A DNA stretch of 64,000 bases from Vermamoeba vermiformis (taxonomy: Eukaryota). The notes beneath the pieces are model-generated. The model was not told the DNA's origin. It did no database searches and was given only the letters and a program-made list of their open reading frames with translations. Numbering within the stretch: position 1 is the first letter of the stretch; every line of letters starts with the position of its first letter. Shown here in pieces: positions 50,901 to 62,600 of this stretch. The DNA is taken from NCBI GenBank assembly GCA_045837725.1, contig JBEWZL010000202.1, forward strand, positions 248,001-312,000, read 5' to 3'. The position numbers and the translations under genes are program-made.

Positions 50901-52458
50901 ATAGAAAGCTCGATTAGTTATCATTTGAAGTATAAGGATACAGTTGCTAATACGGCCACCACGAGGATCACCTCCTCTATCAAATTGAATCTCCATATAT
51001 TTCCCCTAAAAAATTTTGTTAGCCGGTCCACATCCAAACAAAATTATTCTTGAGCCTATTATAGACTACTAATATACTTACGAAACGTGATGAGTTGTTG
51101 TTACGAATGGTCTTAGCGTTACCAAAGGCTTCCAACAACGGATTGGAGCTCAAAATAATGTCCTTTACACGAGCCACATCCGCTGACTTGCCAGAGTGAG
51201 CAGCGATATACTAAAGCAAATATAGTACATTAGTATATGTTAAAGGTGTCTAGTACTATCCAATCAATCCCTTCTGAAAGCTAAATTCGATATTGAAAGT
51301 GACTTTGAATGAAAAATTTCAACGTTTAGACGGGGATTGAAATTGCTTGATGAAAGCTTAAATTAAATATGAAATGGCTTTATGAGCTTAAAATAGCTTT
51401 AAATTATTGAAATAATTGCAAATTAAATGTTTTCAAATGGGTGAGTTGAATTTTGCCGAAGATTTTTTAGCCGTTATTAAAGAATTTTTTAAATTGCACC
51501 AGATCGCGCTAGAATTCGTGCTCCATTGTCTGTATAATACTTACTTGCATAATAAATTTAGATGCTTCGGTTTTTCCTGCACCAGATTCACCACTGGATT
51601 TGCCCGTTAGTCAAAGATCTCAAAAGATACGATAGATTGACTTACCTAATAATAACGCACTGATTTTCTTCATCAGCTAACATAGTACGGTACATATCAT
51701 CGGCTAAAATAGCGCTAATTAGTGATTCATTCGGATGCAGATGCCGACATTTCATTTTTTCAAATCAAATTCAGAATTGAATAAAAGCAATATAATACGA
51801 AATAATATGAGCACTAATAATATTAAATACGTACCAAGTGCGAAGACGTGAGGCGGCATCTCGTAACGGTATTTACCACGATAATCTTGCAATGTACGCT
51901 CAATAAAGAGACCCTTAATTTGCTTGAAAGGGTTCATAGAAATCAACACATGGCCAATATATGTCTACGAAAAATGTCAATTAATTGCGCATATTAAAGA
52001 AGCAGATCCGTTATAAAATTTCGGTAAAAATATCTTCGAGAAATTAAGCTCTAGGATTATATAATCAGCTCCAAACCATTTTTATAATTATTTGGGCTTA
52101 TAATAATATTTAATACTGCAAGTACTCACGTAAATAATGTCCTTTTCGTAACGCTTCTTCAAGTTTTCGACGATGCCTTCGTTGGAGATTTTGGTTAACA
52201 TAACCATGTCGTCAATACCATGACGACTAGGAAATTCCTATAATAATAATGCTATAAGTTTATTGGAGCGCTAGAATCTTTTAGAGAGGTAGATTCGCAT
52301 CACGAAAAAAAATCGTTTGCCTACGTTATCCAAAATAATACTCGCAAAGAAAATTTGAATGTAGTGCGATAAACACACGTATAAATAATATTTTAAGGCC
52401 ATTGATTATTCAAATTGAAGATTTTCTTGCAGATTCAGATTCCATCTCCTCTTACCAT
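47937..52458 (-). CDS. MYO1: Class I myosin with TH1 and Gly/Pro/Lys/Met-rich tail, no SH3
   Basis: [59 protein letters not shown]; tail of [12 protein letters not shown] repeats ending PPPQQW*. ATG micro-exon at 52456-52458. Confidence 0.95.
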
Positions 52459-52941
52459 TTTCGTTCACTTCCTCTTGATTTCTTTTTGATATTAATTACA
52501 ATAACCTCTTTGAGTCGAAGGTAAGATAATAACAACAAAATAACAAGTGCTCTTGTGAACGAGAATCTTTTGCAATTAAAAAAATCGTCTTTCGAATTGT
52601 CACGGCAGTCAAAAAAAATTTGACCAATCAGTTGCGAGCCTGCGCAATCTCCCACGTGCTAGACTGTACCGTACACAGTACGTTGACCCAACCGTTGATC
52701 TCAAAATGGTCAATTATTGCCTTTTCAGAACTTTGGTGCCTACATCCCTCGTCCTACATCATTTTGACACGAGAGAATCTCGACAAAAGGTACTCAATCT
52801 TGAGCTACTCTCCACGGGCTACTTATTGAGTAATATGCTGACAGTATAGGTGATACGCCGAGATTTTTTTGGACTTGTTGGCAGCGGAAGAAAAAAGCAA
52901 CAAAATAAATCTCAATCAATTAACACGCACAGAACACCACC

Positions 52942-53725
52942 ATGTCCACCGACGTTCAAAACGCTATTTTTGCATCAGCCAAAGCTGGATATGATGACGA
53001 TATTAAGGAATTGTTGGCTAATCCAAAAGTAGATTGGAAAGCCAAGGATGGCCTCGGAAATACCCCTCTTCATTATGCCGCAGGTATTTACTCGTTATTT
53101 ATATGCGCACGATCGTGAATTTATCGTGCAGCGTAGTAATTTAATTAAAATAAAGCGGGTAGAATTTTAACTGAAATTGAATATAGGTGCTGGTCACGCT
53201 GGTGTCGTAAAATTGCTTTTGGACGCTAAGAAGATCGACATTAATGCTCAAAATAACTCTGGCGATACTGCTGCTCACAAGGTAAGGAAATATCTGGCAA
53301 ATCTAATTTTTTGTTCAGTTCGTTTTTTCAATTTGCTTACAGTAATATTATTATATAGGCTGCTGGTAAGGGCCATATTGCCGTTGCTAAGTTGCTCGTA
53401 GCTGCTGGAATTAATCTCACGCTTAAAAATGCTGACAACAAGTGGGCCAAAGATCTCGCTCACAATGGTGATCTCAAAACTATTTTGGAGCCTGTCGTTG
53501 AACGTAAGTACAATATAAGCAATATTCAATAATGATAGTATTTTTATCAGCTTTTTACGGGACTTACAGATCCCCAAAAAAAATTGCTGACATCCGCGTT
53601 CCATTACATTTAGCGATCGATGCTTGTTATTAATGATATTATGTATAGTCGATTTAGGATCAGAAGATGAAGAAGAGAATAAGAGCGAGGAAGACGAAGA
53701 TGAGGACGAGGAAGACGATGGATAG
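52942..53725 (+). CDS. Small ankyrin-repeat protein with acidic tail (OSTF1-like, lacking SH3)
   Basis: GNTPLHYAA|GAGHAGVVKLLL...NAQNNSGDTAAHK|AAGKGH...; tail SEDEEENKSEEDEDEDEEDDG*. Confidence 0.85.
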
Positions 53726-54314
53726 ATCTCAAAAAATCAGCTAAACAACAAATAACTCGCGACAATTATATTATTAGTAGTAATTATTAATATGAAGGTA
53801 ATTAATTGTCGATTGTCATATCTAATCAAAACTCTTGTATTATTTACATTAAAAAAAAAATCATCGAAGATACACGTGTACCCTCGACTTTAACGGGCTT
53901 AAAATATACTACATTGCTACTTGTAGGTTCACTTTAGCTCACTCATAGTAGTGCTTGCCTACTATAAGCATTTTGTACTCATTTTGTTCCAACAAAGATG
54001 TTACTAAGATAGAACCATAAGGTTGGATCCAACTCTACGATAGATTGTAAAATCGGTAAACGGCCGGATCTGATTCTCTTGATCCTTTAGTACATGGAAC
54101 AACTCTTAATTAATTAAAGTAGTTCTACACTTATTATAACGACAGCTTATGCTAATTCTGTACGTTATTTGAAAATTCATTCTGCGATTTTTTGTTAAAA
54201 TCTTCGCACGAAATTTTGGTTATTATTTCCACTGTTTACTAGTATAGACCACATATTAAATGCTAATATAGAATAAAAAGTCTATATTTTCAAGTTTAAG
54301 ACCAAGCTAAAGAG

Positions 54315-56505
54315 ATGGAGGCCAAACAACAAAAGCAAATTGACGACGAATTGGTCGAATTATTTAATTATTATTCTTCTTATGAAGACTTGCCTGCTAG
54401 TAGACTAGGCAAAGATGATTTAGTAAGTAATAATCGAGCGAAATTGTGAACTGACGGATCTAATTTTCAAATAATTCCGGTTTATGTTAAAAAATTGAAA
54501 TTAACCGTCGGATTAATATCAATATGCTATATTAAATATTTACAGTTATATTAACCTATTCCGTTGCTTAGCTCTTCTTGATCCAAGATCGTTGCAACGC
54601 ATATTTCTCGAGAGACCATATAATTCATCTGATACCAAACAGAAATTATTGCGAGACTTATCCACCTCAATTTATATTCATGGGAAGCCTTAACTTCGAT
54701 GTAAGTCACTTGCAATGATTTTTTCATGATCCATCCAATTTTAGCAAAATCGGATCTGACTTTCCTCAAAGGACTCGAAAGAACATGACGCGGAAAAGGG
54801 TGAAAATTTATCACTACAATTAAAGCACGAGCAAAATGCACGAAAGTTAGAAAAAGGAATGGAGATCAGCAAAAATTGCCGAGTTCATCAACGATTTCCA
54901 GGTCAGATCCAAATCAATTCTTCTAAAATACACAAATATTAATTTAATCTATTAGTGCCTGTAATATTATTCGGCAAAAAGAATATTTGCCGGTCAGCAA
55001 GTCTTTCAGAAGCCGTCGAAATTTTTTATCGATCAAAAACTCAAAATCTGTAAGTCCCATTTTATTAATTTTATCAATTTTATTCTAATTTTATTAGCGA
55101 TCGAAATTCTTCGAGGACGCAGCACAGAAAAATCGACGTTAAATGGTTGAAAATTTTAAAAGTCAAACATATCGTGGATCTGATGGTCAAAGATACGTTC
55201 CAAGTGTAAGTCTAATACTACCATATTTATACATTACTATTATATTAACTAAATGCGTAGTCTCGGTATCGCTCTTTACGCATCTGAAAAAGCTAACGAA
55301 CAACACCGATCCAATTTTAAAATCAATGGATTGCCGTACCCAGGCGTCGAATCATTTGAAGACTTTATTGAACGTGTAGAGAAGCGTAAGTACTATAATT
55401 ATATACATATAGTGAACTTATATTAAGATCTAGTATTAACATGTATTATCGAAAAGTGAATGGTAAACCAATGACCACGCAATTTTGGCAAAGAATTCCC
55501 GCGCCAATTACATTGTCCATGCCTTATCAACTGCCTAAGCCTAATGATTGGAGTGCATATAGAAGTTGGAATATAGGTACGAACAGCTATACCGTGGATC
55601 TTAAGATCTGGATCCGAATCTGTTTTCGGACCGGTGGATCTAACGACATTTTTTATTCTTAGTGCAACTCACACAGAACTATATTCGATACATTATGCAC
55701 CTGCTACACGACCCCGATGAGGAAGCAGGTCTTTCATTGCACTGTATCTCAGGTATGTGTCGTACATGACGCGTCAAAACGCTTTTTCAAATCACGTGAA
55801 AATTTTACACGGCAGATCTACCTACTTTGAGTTCATTGTTACGGACTTTCGAAATGTTAATATTGAGTTTATTAGGTTGGGACCGAACGCCATTGTACAT
55901 ATCATTACTTCGTATTCTATTGTGGGCTGAAGGTCTCGTCCACCAGTCGCTGGATGTGGATCAGTTGCTTTACTTGACCGTCGCTTATGATTGGTTGTTA
56001 TTCGGGTACGCATCAAATCCAGTTATAATTACTATAGACTAACAATCTATTTAGACATAACTTGGTGAACCGATTGAACAAAGGTCGTCAGATCTTTTTT
56101 TTCTGTTTTTGGGTGTTGGACTACTTGAAGGACGACGATTACAGCTACGGATACGAATTGCAGTTGAAGAACATGAACTGGGAGGCTGGAACATACACCG
56201 GCGTCGCTCCTTATGACATGCCCAGTACACCTGCGACCGACGGTGGAAATTCAACTAATACCAATAGTAACAATACCGATGGTGCTGATCAGACACAAGA
56301 GAGTTCGAGCAGCAATCCCACGAGTCCTCGTAGTCCTAGATCCGTCATCGGTGAATTGAATTCTCCCGAACGACGAAGAGAGCGAAAGAGACGCTTAGAA
56401 GCGATCAGAGCCAAGTTCATGCGACTCTACAACGTGCATATTCATCCTAAGTTCAAGGACAGAAAAAACATTGTCAAAATATTGTTAAATATGCTTCCGC
56501 AATAA
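54315..56505 (+). CDS. MTMR14: Myotubularin-related protein 14 (phosphoinositide 3-phosphatase)
   Basis: RFPVPVILFGKKNICRSASL, IVDLMV, ASEK...LPYPGVE, catalytic HCISG|WDRTPLYISLLR, AYDWLLFG, IFFFCF. Confidence 0.93.
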
Positions 56506-56605
56506 ACAAGCTAAAATTGCTCACGCAGTTTTTTTTAATAATAATGTCTTTATGTACTATTTAAATTAGAAACAAATAAATAAGGGGATTGTCAGGGTTT
56601 ACATC

Positions 56606-59600
56606 TTAGTTCTTCTTCGCACTGAAGCCAAACTTGATGCCACCGCTGGTCTTAGCTCCGCCAGAGACCTTAGCATCACCGCTGGTCTTGACACCAACGG
56701 ACACCAAGCTTGGCCTTCTTGGAAGAAGAGCTGGAGCTTGAAGACGAGCTAGAGGAGCTCGATGAGGACGATGATGACGAAGAGTCAGAGCGCTTGATCT
56801 TGACGTCGCCGCCGGTCTTAACTCCCAAACCGACGTTAGCAGAACCACCAGTCTTGACTTGAGCATCGCCACCGGTCTTAACTCCCAAACCGACGTTAGC
56901 AGAACCGCCAGTCTTAACGCTGCTGTCTGCCTTGACATCAGCACCAGTGTGGACCTTGGCGTCAGTGTCGGCCTTGACCTTGACATCACCACCAGTCTTG
57001 ATTCCAAAACCACCGTTAGCGTGGCCGTCTCCGTGAACCTTAGCGTCGGTATCAGCCTTGACCTTGACATCACCACCAGTCTTCATTCCAAAGCCAGCGT
57101 TGGCATTGCCGTCTCCGTGGATCTTGGCATCGCCTCCGGTCTTAACTCCCAAACCAATGTTGGCGTTGTTGTCGGCCTTGACCTTGACATCACCGCCAGT
57201 CTTCACGCCGAAGCCAAGCTTGGCCTTCTTGGAAGCAGAGGAAGAGCTAGAAGAGGAGGATGAAGAGGAGTCAGAGCGCTTGATCTTGATGTCGCCACCA
57301 GTCTTAACACCCAAACCAATCTTGGCATCGCCATCGGTCTTGACCTTGACGTCACCACCAGTCTTGATTCCAAAGCCAGCGTTAGCGTCTCCGTGGATTT
57401 TAGCGTCGGTATCAGCCTTGACCTTGATGTCACCACCTGTCTTGATTCCAAAACCAGCGTTGGCGTTGCCGTCTCCGTGGATCTTGGCGTCGCCTCCGGT
57501 CTTAACTCCCAAGCCAACATTGGCGTTGCTGTCGGCCTTGACCTTGACGTCGCCGCCAGTCTTCACGCCAAAGCCAAGCTTGGCCTTCTTGGAAGCAGAG
57601 GAAGAGCTAGAGCTTGAAGAAGAGGATGAAGAAGAGTCAGAGCGCTTGATCTTGATGTCGCCACCAGTCTTGACGCCCAAACCAATGTTAGCATCGCCGT
57701 CGGTCTTGACCTTGACGTCACCACCAGTCTTGATTCCAAAGCCAGCGTTAGCGTGGCCGTCTCCGTGGATCTTGGCATCGCCTCCAGTCTTAACTCCCAA
57801 ACCAACATTGGCGTCGGTGTTCACCTTCATTCCAACATTGGCGTCTCCGTGAAGCTTGGCATCTCCGTGGATCTTGGCGTCTCCGTGGACCTTGGCATCA
57901 GCGTGCATGCCTGTGCCGACTTTAACATCAGCATCAGTCTTGGCCTTCACGTCACCACCAGTCTTTACTCCGAGACCAACTCCAAATCCGGCCTTAGCCT
58001 TGCCAGAGTGGCTGGAGGATGAAGATGAGGACGAGGACGAGGAGGAGGATGAAGAGCGATCGTGAGTCTTGACACCAACGCTAAGTCCAGCCTTGGCTTC
58101 AGGGACCTTAACGTCAGAACCAGCCTTGACGTTAACATCGCCACCGGTCTTAACACCAAATCCAGCGTTGGCATCAGTATCGGCCTTGACCTTCACGTCA
58201 CCACCAGTCTTTACTCCGAGACCAACTCCAAAACCAGCCTTAGCCTTGCCAGAGTGGCTGGAGGATGAAGACGAGGACGAAGACGAAGAGGAGGATGAAG
58301 ACGAAGAAGAGGAAGATGAGCGATCACGACCCATGCCAGCGCCAACCTTGACATCAGCGTCGGCTTTAATGTTGGTGTTTGAACCAGCACCAATCTTGAG
58401 ATCGCCGTCGACCTTGACACCTCCGTCGGCCTTGATGTCAGCACTAGCACCAGCCTTCAATTTCTTGGAGGACTTTTTCTTCTGGTGAGGAAGTCTCCAC
58501 TTTCTCTTCTTCTTGGTCTTGAGCTCGCCATCGCCGCGAGGAGAGACATTGGCATCGACATTAACTTCACCGTCGGCCTTGATTTCAGCAGAACTGCTAG
58601 CCTTCAATTTCTTGGAGGACTTAGATTTTTGGTGAGGAAGTCTCCACTTTCTCTTCTTCTTGGTCTTGAGTTCACCGTCGCCGCGAGGAGTAGTGATTGA
58701 AGCATCGGCATCGACATTAGCTTCACCATCGGCCTTGATTTCAGCGGAGCCGCTAGCCTTCAACTTCTTTGAGGATTTCTTCTTCTGGTGAGGAAGTCTC
58801 CACTTTTTCTTCTTCTTGTCTTTAACTTCAGCGTCCACTTTAACCTTGACATCAGTGTCTGCGCGAGGAGTAGTAACAGAAGCACTGCCACCAACGTTTG
58901 CCTTCGGGGTGCCAACAGACACATCAGCACCGACGCTGAGCTTAGCCTTATCACCATTAGAGGAGGATGAAGACGAGGAAGATGAAGACGAAGAAGAGGA
59001 GGAGGAGGATGAAGAAGAGCGAGAGTGACCAACCTTGGGACCCTTGACTTTAAGATCAGCATCACCATCGACCTTGATCTTAGCATCGCCGCCCAAGCCG
59101 ACCTTGACATCAGCGTCACCCTTGATCTTGAGATCAGCGTCACCCTTAGGGGTTCGCGGAGTAGTGACCTTCATGTCGCCATCAGCCTTGACCTTTACAT
59201 CGGCGTCAGCTTTGATCTTGATGTCGCCTTCAGCCTTCGGTTTCTTGCCGCCAATCTTGGGGAACTTGAACTTCTTCTTGTCTTTGCCTTCACCAGACGA
59301 GGATGAAGAAGACGAAGACGATGATGATGAGTCATCGAGACCGCCACCAATCTTGGGACCTTTGACTTTGACATCGCCACCAGCCTTGACCTTGGCATCG
59401 CCACCAAGACCAACCTTGATATCAGCATCGCCTTTAATCTTAGCATCGCTATCGGCCTTGATCTTGAGATCAGCGTCACCCTTAGGGGTTCGTGGAGTAG
59501 TGACCTTCATGTCGCCATCAGCCTTGACTTTAACATCAGCGTCAGCTTTGATCTTGACGTCGCCTTCGGCCTTGGGTTTCTTGCCACCGATCTTGGGGAA

Positions 59601-62600
59601 CTTGAACTTCTTCTTGTCCTTGCCTTCGCCAGAAGAAGACGATGAGGAAGACGAAGATGATGATGATGAGGAGTCTTCGAGACCACCACCAATCTTGGGA
59701 CCTTTGACCTTGACATCACCACCAGCCTTGACCTTGGCATCGCCATCAGCTTTGACCTTGGCATCGCCACCGAGACCGACCTTGATATCAGCATCGCCTT
59801 TAATCTTAGCATCGCTATCGGCCTTGATCTTGAGATCAGCGTCACCCTTAGGGGTTCGTGGAGTAGTGACCTTCATGTCGCCATCAGCCTTGACCTTTAC
59901 ATCGGCGTCAGCTTTGATCTTGACGTCGCCTTCAGCTTTGGGTTTCTTGCCACCAATCTTGGGCAACTTGAACTTCTTCTTGTCTTTGCCTTCGCCAGAC
60001 GAGGATGAAGAGGACGAAGATGATGATGAGTCATCGAGACCACCACCAATCTTGGGACCCTTGACCTTGACGTCTCCTCCAACTTTGATCTTGGCATCAC
60101 TGTCAGCCTTGATCTTGGCATCACCATCGGCCTTGACCTTGAGATCGACGTCACCTCGAGGAGAGGAGACCTTAACGTCAGCACCAGCTTTGATGTTGGC
60201 GTTGCTATCGGCTTTGACCTTGACATCAGTGTCGGCTTTGAGCTTTACGTCACCTTCAGCCTTTGGCTTCTTGCCACCGATCTTGGGGAACTTGAACTTC
60301 TTCTTGTCCTTGCCTTCGCCAGAAGAGGACGACGAAGAGGACGAAGATGAAGACGAGGAGGAGTCGAGACCACCACCAATCTTGGGACCTTTGACTTTGA
60401 CATCGCCACCAGCCTTGACTTTGGCGTCACCACCGAGACCGACTTTAACGTCAGCTTTAGGCTCGTTAACCTTGATGCCGGCATCGGCCTTAATCTTGAC
60501 ATCAGAATCGGCTTTGACCTTGGCATCGCCACCAAGACCAACTTTGACGTCGGCCTTGGGCTCGTGCACCTTGGCATCAGCATCCGCCTTGATCTTGGCA
60601 TCACTGTCAGCTTTGATCTTGACGTCGCCTTCAGCCTTGGGCTTCTTGCCACCAATCTTGGGGAACTTGAACTTCTTCTTGTCTTTGCCTTCGCCAGAAG
60701 AAGACGATGAAGAGGATGAAGATGAAGACGAGGAGGAGTCTTCGAGACCACCACCAATCTTGGGGCCCTTGACTTTGACGTCTCCTCCAACTTTGATCTT
60801 GGCATCGCCATCAGCTTTGACCTTGGCATCGCCACCGAGACCGACCTTGATATCAGCCTTGGGTTCGTGAACCTTGACGTCAGCATCAGCCTTGACCTTG
60901 ACATCACCACCAAGGCCAACCTTGACATCAGCCTTAGGCTCATGGACCTTAACGTCAGCATCAGCTTTGGCTTTAACATCGGCATCGGCTTTGATCTTGA
61001 CGTCGCCTTCGGCCTTGGGTTTCTTGCCGCCAATCTTGGGGAACTTGAACTTCTTCTTGTCCTTGCCTTCGCCAGACGAGGATGAAGAAGACGATGATGA
61101 TGAGGAGTCATCGAGACCGCCACCAATCTTGGGACCTTTGACTTTGACATCGCCACCAGCCTTGACCTTTGCATCGCCACCAAGACCAACTTTAACATCA
61201 GCCTTGGGCTCTTTGACTTTCACATCAGCATCGGCTTTGATCTTGACATCACCGTCGGCTTTAACCTTGACATCGGCATCGGTCTTGACTTTTACGTCAC
61301 CACCAAGACCAACCTTGACGTCGGCCTTGGATTCCTTGACTTTAAGGTCAGCATCGGCCTTGATCTTAGCATCGCCATCGGCCTTGACTTTAATATCAGC
61401 GTCAGCTTTGATCTTGACGTCGCCTTCAGCCTTGGGCTTCTTGCCACCGATCTTGGGGAACTTGAACTTCTTCTTGTCCTTGCCTTCGCCAGAAGAGGAT
61501 GAAGAGGATGAAGAGGAGGATGAAGAGTCGTCGAGACCACCACCAATCTTGGGACCCTTGACTTTGACATCGCCACCAGCCTTGACTTTGGCATCGCCAC
61601 CGAGACCGACTTTAACGTCAGCTTTAGGCTCGTGAACCTTGACACCAGCATCGGCTTTGATCTTGACATCGCCATCAGCCTTGACCTTGGCATCGCCACC
61701 AAGACCAACTTTGACGTCAGCCTTGGGCTCGTGCACCTTGCCATCAGCATCAGCTTTGACCTTGGCATCACCACCAAGACCAACCTTGACATCAGTCTTG
61801 GGTTCCTTGACCTTGATATCACCATCTGCTTTGATCTTGGCGTCACCTTCAGCCTTCGGTTTCTTGCCGCCAATCTTGGGGAGTTTAAACTTCTTCTTGT
61901 CTTTGCCTTCGCCAGACGAGGATGAAGAAGACGATGATGATGAGGAGTCATCGAGGCCACCACCAATCTTGGGACCCTTGACTTTGACATCGCCACCAGC
62001 CTTGACTTTGGCATCGCCACCGAGACCGACCTTGATATCAGCCTTGGGCTCGTGAACCTTGACGTCAGTGTCAGCCTTGACCTTGGCGTCGCCACCCAAG
62101 CCAACCTTGACATCAGCCTTGGGCTCTTTGACTTTCACATCAGCATCGGCCTTGACCTTGGCATCACCACCGAGACCGATCTTAGCATCTCCGCTAGCCT
62201 TGACATTAGTGTCACCACCAGCCTTGATCTTGGCATCACCACTGAGGCCAACCTTGACGTCAGCTTTGGGTTCTTTGATTTTCAAGTCAGCATCGGCCTT
62301 GATCTTAGCATCGCCATCGGCCTTGACTTTAACATCAGCGTCAGCTTTGATCTTGACGTCGCCTTCAGCCTTGGGTTTCTTGCCACCAATCTTGGGAAGC
62401 TTGAACTTCTTCTTGTCTTTGTCTCCACTCGAAGAAGACGATGAAGAGGATGAAGATGATGACGAATCATCGAGGCCGCCACCAATCTTGGGACCCTTAA
62501 CTTTGATATCGCCACCAGCCTTGACTTTGGCATCGCCACCGAGCCCAACTTTAACATCAGCCTTGGGTTCGTGAACCTTGACATCAGCATCGGCCTTGAC

